In this document: positions 11,148-24,420 of the stretch, in pieces
How positions within the stretch are numbered: position 1 is the first letter of the stretch
Layout: every line of letters starts with the position of its first letter
NCBI GenBank assembly: GCA_973895155.1
Contig: OZ316892.1
Location: 12,588,238-12,652,237 of the forward strand
DNA length: 64,000 nt
Reading direction: 5' to 3'
Source of the DNA: Marsupella aquatica
Taxonomy: Eukaryota > Plantae > Marchantiophyta
Translations under genes and position numbers: made by a program
The notes under the pieces: model-generated
What the model saw: the letters and a program-made list of their open reading frames with translations, nothing else
Told to the model about the DNA's origin: nothing
The model's database searches: none

Positions 11148-14100
11148 TCAACTGAGCTTACCAATCTCTATCTTCTTCTTAATTGCCTTGTGTCCATGAT
11201 AGACTAAAGCATCGATTATTCCTGATACAGTAAAGATTCCTGGAAGGGAGCAATAGATATTAGACTCGGGACGTCCCAATTTACTACCAGTATAGATTAC
11301 GCAACATCCAGTTTATCAAACCGAGAAACATATTTTTTGATGATTTGATCTCTCACGAGCAAAACAATGCAAAACATGCCACCTTTACTGAATATCAAAC
11401 GCATTCCCATGCACTTCACCCTGACAACCGTGGCGGAATTCAATTCCTCCTTGCTTTAGTATATGGACAGTTAAAGAGATGCTGGCATACCTCCAATGAT
11501 AGCACAAAGATTTGTCAAAAAGTGGAGAAACGATGTCCTTTCATGGGAAAAGTTCACCTGAATATTTACAAGCCGAGAATTAATAAAGAAAATAGAGCTC
11601 ACACATTGCTTTCACACAATCAATGGGGCAGGTCAAGATTCAGATGAACTCTGTAAACCCTTTCTGTACGACCAATCATATCTCAATTTCAGTCTGGATG
11701 TGTAGAGGCTCTGTTGCTTGTCCAGCTTAGTGGATGGGTAAAAATATACAACAAAGAAGATCACGAGAGTTTTAAATCAAAGAGAGGTACTTCACCTTGA
11801 TTGGTGAGAGATCATAGAAGAAGAACACTCCAGGTAAGGAGCGACCAGTCCCTGCCTCAGGCCCCTTGACATGTTCTGTGACTGAAAACTGTCATCATCA
11901 CCAACAGCCCACAGAAAAAATAACAATAAAAGTCAGTGAGTTCGAACCGAAGAGCTCCAATCCAACGTCTACGTGGCATATCTGCAATGGACAATGATAC
12001 ACAAGATTCATAGAAAAATACCTGGTTAGTTAGAATTTTTTTGCTTGCCAGATCCGAGTACATTGTTGGAACTACCTGCAGTAGATATTGAATCAGTGAT
12101 TTGCAGTTGTAACTATTAAACCCTTCAGCTAGTATCCGGGTAATGATACTATTATTAGAGTAGATGGCATCCTCAGGGCTACTCTTTTCAAATCCATCAC
12201 GAGTAGAGTTCACAGTTCACAAAATAACTAATATAATCCCTACAAACGTTCAGTATCAATAACATAAGAGAACAAGGTTGGCGCACATTGAGTGAAGAGC
12301 ATGGTTACCTTGATGAAATACTGGTACATGCTGTTCATGCTCTCTTGTGTGCGTTCGACCCTGAATCAACGTCACAAAATTGCTTAAGCTTTGATTACTT
12401 CCCAAAAAGATTGCAAAAGCCGCACTACAATAGCAACCTCAGGTTCCATCTCCTGAATTCATGAATTCTTCCCACTTCATATCAACCAGCCAATAAAAAC
12501 TCGGTTCAGAGAGTCGAGCGCTTGAAGGGTCGCAACTCACCCATCCAGGGGGTTGACTTTTCCTGGGAAATGGTCTCCAAAGCTAAGGCTGTTAATTTTA
12601 TGACTCACCTGTACAAGTCACACGAAGTAAGTCCTTCACCACACATCACCCGTATGAAAGTTGCAGTGCCAACAACAAGCTGAGCCAGAAGAAATTGAAC
12701 CAAGACTTCCCTCCAGGGGTCCATGGTCATTGCTTTTGTGTAATTTCCACAAAGCGTATGGTGATATTTTAGCATCACTACATCTTCAACCCAGAAAACT
12801 CATCCATCATAGAAGAACAAATATACATTTACATTCTCAAGGCCTACAAGGGCCCTGCCAAATAATACTAATGCCCTTGCGGCTCTGAGAACATTGGCTT
12901 TAAAGCTGCTAGTTCAAAAGACACAACCCTGTGCAAGGATGGGGACAAAAGAACATCCTAACCAAGTTAAGATAGAAAAGAAGAAGCAAAAAACCCAGAA
13001 TTGTTGTACTTTTGAAAATCATCAACGGAATACTACAACAGAGAATTAGAAATTGTACCACTAAACAGGGCCACACTAGCTCATGATTCCCAAAGATACT
13101 ATGTGTGATGAAAGAGAGTCAATTAAAGAGAATCTCGAAGACTGACATACATTGAAACTGTCCTTCTGGAAAGCTTGCAGATCATGAACATGCATGTTGG
13201 CCTGTTGGAAACTCTTCCCAGGAGCAAAATGAAAGTTCCCAGCAACCTTGTTCACTTCAAGGGTTCCATAGACTTGGCATCCTTCTCCCTCCTCCTCCTT
13301 GATCTTCTGTAAGAAACCCTCCCGTTTACACTGCACCAAAGAGGGGATGGTATTTGAGACATTGTCGTTTCAAATCTCAGTCATTTTACAAGAGTTCACA
13401 ATAGGCGTGGTTTCATGGCATGCGTTCATTACAGGGTGATGAATTAGAGAAATGCAAAACAATGTCAGATACTCTTCTCTTTGATTTCATCCACATAGAC
13501 GCAAGTTTTCAAACATCCTAGCTCACCTGATCAACCAGATTCGGACTTGTCAATGCCCATCCCTTCCGACGGTATGCTTCTCGAACTTCTTCACAGTTGT
13601 TGCAACATTCATCATCTGTCTGCACTTATCAACTTATTCTGGTTAGTATCCAGCAAAGAATGCACTGCCATTACGCACACATGGAACGTGTAAGGCAATA
13701 CTCCTTGCGCAAACGTACCGCTTCTGCACCAAAGCAGGACCCACAATAGGTCTCATTTGAACTAAGGCGACCACCATGCCTCTGAAGGGGCTTATCTATC
13801 TGCAAGCGTAACACCGAACGACACACATCATCTGGTGAGATCCTCGCGCGCTTTAATTTTACGGAATTCGATAACTTTTTCAAAGTCAGTCATTTGAAGA
13901 GCGAATACTAACACCAATCACCCAGAAACCACATTGCTAACTGGACTTCACCGTCTTAATCTTCTGCTCGCAAAATCAACAGAATAAATTGAGGCCTAAG
14001 CAATGCATGCCCTATAATTTTTTTTTAAACCCAGCCCTGCATTGCATTTCAGACTCACAAGCATATGTGGCATTACCCTTGGTTGATTCACAGCATCTGC

Positions 14101-16786
14101 TTTTGGTGGTTCAATCAGAGCTCCTGTTGGATCGAGTCTCTTCTTGAAAATATCATGTTTCTGTGACAATATTTACAACACACGAAGAAAGGCAATTAAG
14201 AGCTCGGGATGAGAATATTGGAAAACTGTCAATTACAAAATATTCATTGATTCCAGTAAAATATCTCCACATCACTGATTCAAATCATTCTCAAAGACAG
14301 TAGCAAACGTCCTACTTTGTGGGCACAGCTTGAGTAAACATACAACTCAATTCAATCTCTTGAACCAAATACTGCTTCAAATTAGAGAGTTCAAGCAATA
14401 TCCCAACATCTGGCAGAGCAGACCGATACAGATGTAGGTTGCATGGAATTCCATTTTATGTCACAGTAATCTGAATAAGGGATTTCTCAGTGTCCTTCGC
14501 AAATTAATCACGGGGAACTCGCCACAGATACTCCAAATGTGGTCAGAGGCCTTTCATCTATATCTCAACCTGAAGATCTAGTCAACAAGAGACTTAAATA
14601 GAATTGAACTTTAAAGTCCATAGATCCAGGTAGAGTCCAGGGGAAAAGAATACGAAATACAAGGTCGAAAGTCAGCTACAAGGAAATACTTGGAATAAAG
14701 GGAAGTGTCGTCTAGTTACTAAACCCTATCAGCTTTGCTTCTTTCCTTCTCTAGCGACAGCACCAACAAACTTGAGAGCTCAACTGGATCATCGTATGCA
14801 AGAATCTTCACAGACCTAAGGAAGGGCACGGTCACATGGGGCAGACATTTTCGGTTCTGAAAACCCACACTACTTGAGCGACGATGTGACGAGGGGGTCT
14901 GTCTGAGAAAATCAATGAACAACCGTCGTAATGAACCCACTCAGGACAATAGATCAGACAACAGCTGGATAGAGAAAAGCAAACCATACATACCACATCA
15001 AGGTGCTGCTCTCCACTGATATCCATTGCATCGAGGCTGACAACAGAGCAGGCCAGAGCTGGAAAAGTGACATCCAACTACAAAATATTTTGCAGATAGT
15101 CAGTTCATATGCCCACAAAATAGAGACCAAAAAATACTGCGATCCACGTTGAGCAGACGACGAGATGCAGTCGTTTTCTGCATGGCTAACTAGAACCTTC
15201 GTCACAACGCTGCCGCTGGAGAGTCAATGACACAAATCATAGGACAGCGTGATCTGACTCTTCCCTTTCTTCTTCTTGAAACTGACGTCAACGATGATAA
15301 GACCGTTGAACTTACAGAAGAATATCATTAAACAAAACTGACTTTCGAGATCACATGCACGACCGTTCATCCGAGGGGTTACAAATTCCGACTGGAAAGG
15401 CAGGCTTCGAGTCAGAGCTGCTGAGGTTCCCTCCCTGCCTTCTGAGCAGACACATTTGGGTAAAATGGTGGTAGGTTGCTTGTCAGAGCTTTCCCTCTTA
15501 TCTTAGACCCCCTAATCCTCAGTCCGGCAGGGACCCAAATGTCAACTATAATCCATCGCCACATTACCATACGAACTAAAAGACTCGCAAGACTTTCGCA
15601 CCCAGCTCCCACCTTCCCAGAAAGATATTAAAAAAAGCGTATACTCACGTTTATGTTCAAAGTCTCCCCTCTGGATGTGTCCACCAATAGCTGAGTTTCT
15701 ACTGCGGGGTATAAATAATAATCTGCATAAACCATAGAAGCATTGAAAAGAGTTAGGGGATAGATAAGCATATAGGAACCGCTATGAAATCCCGGCTGTG
15801 TTTACCTTCGAGGCAAACTATCGATCATAAAAAAGCAATATCACCCACCTGTCAAAGATATTTAATTGCACAATTTTGAAAAGAAGCACCCACCAGATGA
15901 GAGAAAGCCCACACATGACGAGCACGAAAGTAGATTGTTGGGAGATTATTCGATAGGACAGGTTATTAATCTCAGTCGAACGATATTGTCCAAGGAACTA
16001 GGGTTTTTCATGATGACTGTTCAGAGATGGAAAACCAGAACTTATCAAATAGCCCCATCCACTACTCCACTAACCAAGATGACAACCAAGACGGAACGTG
16101 GAAGAGGGGGGGGGGGGGGGGGTTGAAATTATGACCTCCCAAAATTAGGCTAGAGGGAGAGACAAAGCCAAGCTACAAGGGTTGCTTTCCCCTAAAGACT
16201 TAAAAAGGCCAGCAACGAAGAGAGACTGTGAAGGGAGTAATGCCCGTGAAGGTTGATATACCTACGATTCTCAGACAACTCCAACTAATTCAGGACTATG
16301 AGTACACAAGGGACACTCCACAACCTCTCCAGGAGATCCAAGCAAAGAATGAACTGCGGAATTCATTGTCTACTCAAACCACGCAGAATCGTTGCGCCAC
16401 CACACGTTAAGGTACCTCCAGAAGTGCAATAAATCTAGGAACTACTTGAAGTCATGCGAGATAGTTTGTTCCGATTGAGGAGACACAGGCACAAGGCACG
16501 AATACAATCTCAATACAAATTATAATCGGCCTCGCTGGTTGCTAGAGGTTAAACTAACTATGGGAGCCACTCTCTCCCTAGGCAGGGGCTTAAGTCGCTA
16601 TCTCAACAGCGAAAAGCACAATCTGTGAAAGGAATCAATATACGTACTCAGTTCCGTAATAAAGAGCGCAAGCATTAACACACTGGAAACGATGGTGATG
16701 ATGCCGCCTGAGAGCGTCCGGCTGTAGAAGTCCTCATTGATCTTAGGGAACGCATCCAGCTGCCGCAGCCTATTCAGACCCTGCAT
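11148..16786 (-). CDS. ERGIC3: ER-Golgi intermediate compartment protein 3 (Erv46 family), 13 exons, 386 aa
   Basis: Exons 16786-16648, 15722-15649, 15077-14994, 14160-14077, 13799-13719, 13619-13527, 13330-13151, 12608-12541, 12360-12309, 12075-12022, 11888-11796, 11557-11491, 11239-11148; all in phase. Motifs LDAFPKINEDF, DAMDISGEQHLD, YCGSCFGA, CCNNCEEVREAY, NKVAGNFHFAPG, LPGVFFFYDLSPIK, C-terminal KKKIEIGKLS*. Confidence 0.96.
16106..16122 (+). repeat. G17 homopolymer in ERGIC3 intron 1
   Basis: 17 consecutive G on the + strand. Confidence 0.9.
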
Positions 16787-17259
16787 TTTCGCGTCTCCTC
16801 TCTTCTAAGTCCTATACACCGAGATGCTTTTTAAAAACGAGACCCTCTGAAGAATTCTGTCGCCTCTTCCACGTTCCTAAAAACACACAGGGCTTCCTCT
16901 GCTCTACGGCCGCAGAGACAGGTAGCCAGCGACGAGATCAAACCGCAGCACCCTACGCAATTCCTGCATACAAAGCTTTCATCTAGATTTCCTCGATAAC
17001 TGCTCGCTCGCCTTCTCCACCTGCTCCCATTCCATCATCCACAGCTCCTGATGCGTGATCCCCACTCTCGCCGCGGGGATCGCACGCTCGTCCACTCGGC
17101 GCACCTGTTTATCGATCGTTTCCCGTCTCCTCTCCGCGAAATTCTTCTTCCGCTCCGACTCTCGCGAGCAGATCACAGCACCTCATCCGCTCTAGAAAAG
17201 TTGTGGGGATCTCTTGAATCCTCTTCTGCGTCGACTCCCAACACTGCAGGACCCGTGGA

Positions 17260-17292
17260 CTGCTCTGCTCTGCTCTGCTGCTGCTGCTGCTG
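17260..17292. repeat. (CTGCT)n/(CTG)n microsatellite in the ERGIC3 upstream/5' leader region
   Basis: ctgctctgctctgctctgctgctgctgctgctg. Confidence 0.85.
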
Positions 17293-17447
17293 GACCGACC
17301 ACGCCAGTGGCGAATCAGAAATCACAGCATGATGCAAAAGCCCAAAGTCTTCGGGAGAAGTCCTATCCCTCCCAACCCTAACAACCACGGTTATTACGCC
17401 CAGCTCCCCGGTTGACCCACACCTCCAAGTGAGACTAATAAGAAGGG

Positions 17448-18370
17448 TCACTCTTCACGGACTCCTTCAAAGCTATGGGACGATTAGCCTAATAATTAAT
17501 TACAGTAGTAATTCCCCATTCCTTGAATCTAAATAGAGCATCTTTCAAAAAAACCAACCAAAAAAACATGCTACCTCCCGTGTTTATGCCCTTTTTATTT
17601 GGGGTGGCTTACTCTCACTTTATTAGTATTGGATGAGTCCAGTTTTGTTACTCCCTTTTTTTGGGGAGGGTGGTTTACTCTCACTTTACTACTATTGGAT
17701 GAGTCCAGTTTTGTTACTCCCTTTTTTTTTTGGTGGTTTATTCTCACTTTATTACTATTGGATGAGTCCAGTTTTGTCACTCTTCACGGACTTGTTCAGC
17801 TATGGGACGATTAGCCTAACTACCCAGTCCTTGAATCTAAATAGAGAATCTTTCAAAAATACCAACAAAAAAACATGCTATCTCCCGTTTATGCCTTTTT
17901 TTGGGTCGTTTACTCTCACTTTATTAGTATTGGATGAGTCCAGTTTTGTTACTCCCTTTCTTTTTTGGTGGTTTATCCTCGCTTTACTACTATTGGATGA
18001 GTCGAGTTTTGTTACTGTTGGACTTACTGTCTAGAGGCTTCAATCTAGACCCTAGCCCTTGAAAGTAGTTTATGTTCGCTATTTATAAGTGAGATTCAAA
18101 GCTATGGGACTATTCGCCTACTTACCCATTCCTTCAATTTAAATAGAGAATCTTTCAAAAAAATTCATGATATCTCCCGTTTATGCCCTTTTTTGTGGTT
18201 TACTCTCACTTTATTACTATTGGATGAGTTCAGCTTTGTTACTCTGGGAATTACTGTCTGGAGGCTTCAGTCTAGACCCTAGCCCTTGAAATAGTTTATG
18301 TTAGCTATTTATTAGTGAGATCAAAGCTATGGGACTATTAGAAAATCTATTAGAAAGCTATGGGACCCAG
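17448..18370. repeat. Hierarchical tandem repeat: ~230-330 bp units containing ~60 bp subunits
   Basis: agctatggga anchors at ~17471, 17798, 18100, 18325 and 18355. Subunit ttactctcactttattagtattggatgagtccagttttgttact is present 3, 2 and 1 times in successive units. Confidence 0.92.
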
Positions 18371-19810
18371 ACAATAGTGGGAAATTGGGATACAGCTACA
18401 CTATTCTAACACTTTGCTATCTGAACTTATTGAAAATGATGGGAATAGGCTGCAGTCTTTAGAGAGTGTGAGACGTCAACCTACAATAGGTGATATGAGA
18501 CGTGGGATACCATTTTGCTTTGGCTGCTCATGATGGATTAATTTGATTAGGTGTGGCTTTAATTGGGTGCCTGTGGCCCTCCAGTGCTTGTCGCCTTCTT
18601 CATTTTTCTTAGGCGGATTTTGCCCCCTTGCGTGGTATCAATGGCCTGGCGCCCCCTTCTTTCAAAACTAAAAACTAGCAAACATTTTAAATTAAAAAAA
18701 AGTTTGGGAATGCCCGGCATGAAAAGTTTCTATTCCTTATCTTTCAAAATACAGTACACAATATCATAAATTTCTCTAGATTTAGTTTTTAGCTTTAAAC
18801 ATGATGTATGTATCTATGATATATCAGTGTTTCACATCAAAAATTTAGGGTATCCCAAGAATACGCATTATAAAATTTCAATCAAGTTTCACATAATGAG
18901 CATCGTGAGCTGCTGACCTGCAGCAACCAACACCACCCAAAACTTTGTCCCAAGGGACTGGACTGAACTCTTCAAGAACTATTTTCTTTTTTACAGAACC
19001 TGAGAGTCCCTCAACTACGTGATCTGGGAACTAATGACAAAGATAGTTGGATTTGCAATCAATCCCAGTTGAATTTGATTAAAAGAATGATAAAATAATA
19101 AATTAATTAAAAAGAGTAACAACTGATCATTTCCACCAAAATCAATGACAGAATCCTAAACCATCAAATTAGTGACAGTGTAACACATCTTACCACTGTA
19201 GTTGATCCTTTATATTTGCTATTCTCCTCCCACTGTTCCATGGGTCCTGGTCTCCATTTCTGGCGGAGTGGGTCCCAATTTTGTCTCTTAGCAAATTAAT
19301 CTAGCACCACTTGCTCCAGTTAGTTTTACAAGACCTTGAGGGGCCATAAAAGGATTCCAGAAACTCTTCAAGCCCGGTACACTATCTCCAGTATCTAAAA
19401 TGACACTCCAATTTGCTATGGTGAGAAAGTTCACTAGGGGCCTCAAGGTCTCAGAAAGCCACACTTTCTTGCATAATTCTTGCCGTGTTGCTAGAGCTAC
19501 TGTAGTTGCCACTTGGCTCATTTAAAACAACGGGGGAAAATGGCTGGTTGAGACTATTGTGACTATATAACTTTGGTCACAGACCTGGGTTATTTTCTGC
19601 ATAAATTGTGATGGCATTGAGACTATTGTGACAATGTAACTTTGGTCATAGGCCTAGTTTATTAGGAGAGACGAACCTGAATGCCCATTATTTGAATGTA
19701 AATAAATATCATGACAAAAAGCTTGCATGATCATCATTTGTCATACATCATATCCATCATTCTTTCCATCCTCATGGTGGGGCCCTAGAGTCAGAGTCTA
19801 GTGGCTTCAC

Positions 19811-21520
19811 TCTAAAAGCCTAGATCCCAACTCTAGCTTATGTTTGCGCTTTATGAGTAGACTATACTTGATGAACCCCTAAATTGAGATATGTTACGTG
19901 ATGGACCCCTTCATATGTTGGGCATGTTGATTAGAGGTTTCAACTATCTGGATTATTCTTGGGGTCCATTTAGTAACAATTTTCATTCTGGGGGTCATCA
20001 ATAATATCTCTCTATTCATTTGGTTTGTTTTTGCACGAACCGGGGATGGCTGAGAGATTTTGCTGCAAGTGCAAGAGTATGTCCAGGTGGTGGGTTATTC
20101 TTGGGGTCCATTAACCAGGCCCGTGACCAAAAGTGTTGGGTCACAAAGGCTGAACTTCTGTTATAACCATTTAGTATTTCAAATTTGACACCAATGAAAG
20201 GCTGCCCCACTGTTAAGTAGTTGCTCTAGCATTGATGAGGTCCCGAGTTCAAACTTGGAGTATGTACTGGTTAATTTTTCCCGGGTAGCTAGGCGACCGG
20301 GCAGCCTTTCGGGCAGCCATCTGGGCAGGCATCCGGGGTAGCAGATTTACACGTGTCCTGGCATGTGCTAGACATGTGTCCAGGCAGGCACTTGGCCATG
20401 TGGCAGCATCTCATTGATCGGTTGCACAAGGACATCTCATGCGCTGCCTTTGGGTCTCACGAGAAGATCATCAACAATCTCTATATAAGGACGGCACTTC
20501 ACTTTCAAAAGTCATTCTCCTTCTCCTCTCTTTCTTTAATTTTCATTCTTTATTTCTCATGTTTTCCTTTTTTTTGCCAAAGCAGCCTTCAAGCCATCAG
20601 CTGGGGCATGCGGCACCATAGGTGTTGCTTGCAACCCACCTTTTGCTTAGGTGGTTGTGGAGGGACGCGCTCGGCCAATAGGGTCGTTCATAGATAGTTT
20701 GTGGAATGGCAAGAGTGTCAAGGAGGGAAGCTTTAATTAGTTGGTGGTAGTAACCGAGGTAGCAACGACATGGTCGTTTGCTACAAATCCGTCTTTTGCT
20801 TTTTGGACCTAAGCATTTTTGTCTACCCTTTTTGGGGGAATTGGTTTAATTTGAGAGTTCAGCAATGGAGGCGAAAGAGGTTGCCGAGATGTGTGAGACC
20901 GTGATCACATTTGCTGGACGAGATGACAGATTTTTTACAGCGGTGCATTGAGATGGAGAGAATGGTTTATATGGAGATGCCCACCAACGACTATTGTTTC
21001 GATTACTTCATCCCCAAAGCAAGCGCCTACTCCTTTTAGTGCACCAAAAGCGGTCTTGAAGAAGTGAGCCCATTTTGGCAATAGATGGAGAATTTTGCTC
21101 AGGCTGGAGGAAGAAAGCACACACTACTTGATAGAGCGTGACTATGCGTGCACCTCTTGGAGTGGATTGAGAAGATTATGAGTAATATTTTGATCCGCTA
21201 CACCATGCATCTAAAAGCCTAGACCCCAACTCTAGCTTATGTTTGCGCTTTATAAGTAGGCTATACTTGATGAACCCCTAAATTGAAAAATGTTATTTGA
21301 TGGACCCCTTCAAATGTTGGGCATGTTGATTAAAGGTTTCAACTATCTGGATTATTCTTGGGGTCCATTTAGTAACAATTGTCATTTTGGGGGTCATCAA
21401 TTATATCCCTCTATTCATTTGGTTTGTTTTTGCACAAACCGGGGATGGCTGAGAGATTTTGCTGAGGGTGCAAGAGTGTCCGGGTGGTGGGTTATTCTTG
21501 GGGTCCATTAATTAACCTTT
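19811..21520. repeat. Pair of ~310 bp direct repeats (19811-20117 and 21210-21517) flanking ~1.1 kb of different sequence
   Basis: Both copies begin ctaaaagcctaga.cccaactctagcttatgtttgcgcttta and end ggtggtgggttattcttggggtccattaa. A related fragment lies at ~25908-26000. Confidence 0.85.
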
Positions 21521-22859
21521 TTCATTTTGGGGGTCATCAGGTATCTCCAAGTCTATATTTGGTTGATTTTTGGGACAAACTTGAATGGCACACAAAGTTT
21601 CCAAAGGGTGCAAAAGTAGGGAGTTTCAAACCTCCACTTTTGGGGGCTCCTTCCAGTCACCTGGATACCTCTAATTGCCGTCTAACAATGAAATTGGGTT
21701 CCAAAATCAGGTGTCGCAAAATTGGGGTCTGAAATTTGCCTGGATCCTAAACTAAGTCCAACTACTGTCGTGCAGGTAGTCAAACTGTACACTATTCATG
21801 AACGTCGAGATCACTACAAAAACCAATATAAAAGTTTTGGTAGCCAAATCAATGGGCCGACCACCTGATCCAGGTGGCATGTGCGAGGGAATGACCGGCT
21901 GGCCATTGGGAACAAAAACATTCAGCTTTGAGATGCCCTAGTATGTTTGGGCAGTGGATGATTCTTGAGATCCATTAGGATGTCTCAATTTCTGTGCTTC
22001 TTGTTTGTAGTCGGGGCTACTGACCGCAAAAAATCATGGCTGGAACTACAACCGAGACATCATTTTTGGGCATGTGTAACCAAGGAGGGGTGGGTGGGGT
22101 GTGAACTGAGAGGGCTGGTAGTGAGTTCGTCTGCCATATGCAAAAAAACCCAGGCAAAAATGTGTGGTCGCCAACTTGGTGTCCCGCAACATTTAAGTCC
22201 GCGTCCCACATCGCAAAGTCTCGGACACACTAAAAGCCCACATCTCTTAACATTTGAGACGCTCTATTATGACTATAAGAGTTCATGTGAGGAGACAATT
22301 TATCATATATGTTGCAGTCTTTGGGTTTATTCAAAGATTGTGAGACATTTTAATTTGACTAGCTTTTGAAACACAAGTATTGAAAGAAAGTTAATGAACA
22401 ACATGCACACCTTTTTATGGGTCTTTTTAAAAGTGAGAGTACTTTCTGGGTACAATTGTATTAATTTGAATGTACTAGTCAACATAGCCATACTTAGCTA
22501 CAGTACTTTGTGATTCAAAGCGAAGTACGCTAACCTCGACGCTAACTTTGTTCCTTTTACAATTTTATGCTCTATTTGGAGGGGCTCTTTATTTGGGTGA
22601 CACTTGCTGAACCATAAACCTTCTAAACCTTATAACCAATGGACATATAAGTTGCACTGCATCAATTGTCACAATCATAGTTGCGTGGTTGAAGAATCCA
22701 ACATTCTCATGCAAGTAAGGAAAAATGTCCTTAAAATGATAAATAGAATACAGGGAAGTCCCCGACTTCCTCCTTGCCTGACTTGCCTGCAAAGGCATGC
22801 CTAACAATAGGGCCACCTCTCCCTTCCCTTTGCCGGCTAGCTACTCCCTAAATTGTCAT

Positions 22860-24420
22860 AATGGGAGTGAGGCGGCCCGGATTAGGGTAGAACCGGCCTG
22901 GGTTCGGCATGGTGAATAGTGCCTTGTCACAGACAGGTGACAAATAGTTGCGGAACTCGATTACCTTAACACTTAGCTCCAGAGTCGCTGACTCCGACAC
23001 CGAGCTCCCTTATGGTCCAGACCCGGATAGGCCATCCGGGGAGGACTTAGCATGGGGAGACTTGTGGGCAATGAGATGTGGCACTAGCGAGGCAAGGGGC
23101 CAAGCTGGGGACACACCCTAAGGACTTGGACTAGCCTATGGCTGGTTGGGTCAAGGGGAAATGGGTCGGGCTCAAGGGTGGCCGTTCGGACCATCGGATG
23201 GGCTTTGAGTTCTGAGGGCTTGGGAGTGAGCTCCTCTTGGGCCCAAGGCCAATGGAGTTGATGCCATTGGCAACGGACGCTTGGGGCGCAAGTTGTGGCC
23301 CGATCCGGGTTGGGCCGATCGGGGGCCTTGAGCGGCGATCAGACCTAAGGGCCTAGGCATGAGCACTGGGTCGGCCCAGTCACAACGGGCTAAGGCACTC
23401 CACTTGCGGATGTCTGTCAAGAAAGTTATGGGCGTTGCCAATTGATGGCGCACCCATTATGTGCGATGGGATCTGGGTTGGGGGCCAAACGTTTAGGGAC
23501 CAAAGCTGGTCCGGGGGTGGCAGGTCCCCAGAAGCATATATGAGGGGAGTGGTGTCTCCCTGGGGGCTAAGGGCGAGCCGAAGTCATGAGCCGCGGTGCT
23601 CGCGACACTAAGGGAAACCGCCAAACAGAAATGGCGATATCTTCCCAACGGGAAGTCCATTGGAGGACTTCTTAGGTGCGTTGGAAAACTCTTAAGGAGG
23701 GCTACGCCCTTCTGAGCTCAGTTGGGTCTAGGGGTGCCATGGGTTCTTGTGGTTTGCGGGTGTTAGCTCGCCCGTTTGCCAAATCCTGCCGAACAGCAGC
23801 CAAACCGCGTTCAACCGCAAGGCCAAGTAGGTATGGAGGCTGAGTCCCTAGGGCGCTTGGTCCCTAGACCATCAGTGGGGCGAACCGGGAGTCAGTGTTA
23901 GAGTCGGGGCCGTTATGATCCCAGCGTGTTGAGACAAGCTTGGGACAAGTTTTAGGACAAGCTATACTATTTGGGCCATGAGCATGTCCTGAGGTCAGGG
24001 CGGTCAGTTGGTGATGGATAGGTACGAGGGGGAACCCGGGCCGCGCCCAAGGAAGGAGCTATCCTGGACGGACAGTGGGCGTGGGTTCTGATTCCGGCTT
24101 ATGGCATCGGGAGGACCTATCGCTGACCTATTTACCAACGTCTGTTGAGCTTGAGTTAGGAAGCTAGACTTGGTGAGTTCTAGATCCGGAGGGGTTACTT
24201 ACCGAGGTGCTTGGTTGCTTGTGCAGATAGTGAGAACCGCTGAGTAGCGGTCGGGTAGGTGAGCAAGTGCGACTTTGTATGGGAGGGGCCGCAGGTGGTG
24301 CTAGAGGCACTTGGGCGCTTGCTCAAGGTATTCCGTGGAGGCGTTCGAGCACCAAGGGCACTTAGGCGCAAGTGCTGGGATTGGTGAGGGCACTGGGTGG
24401 CAAGGTCCACCACTCAAGTG
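22860..24420. mobile_element. GC-rich island, probably a decayed transposable-element or captured coding fragment
   Basis: Sharp shift to high GC against AT-rich flanks. Only short stop-interrupted frames; no RT or transposase motif recognised. Confidence 0.3.

Noticed and set aside
17595-18034. ORFs with repeated LLLDESSFVT peptides
   Set aside because: Derived from the 60-bp subunit repeat; variable poly-T runs break the frame.
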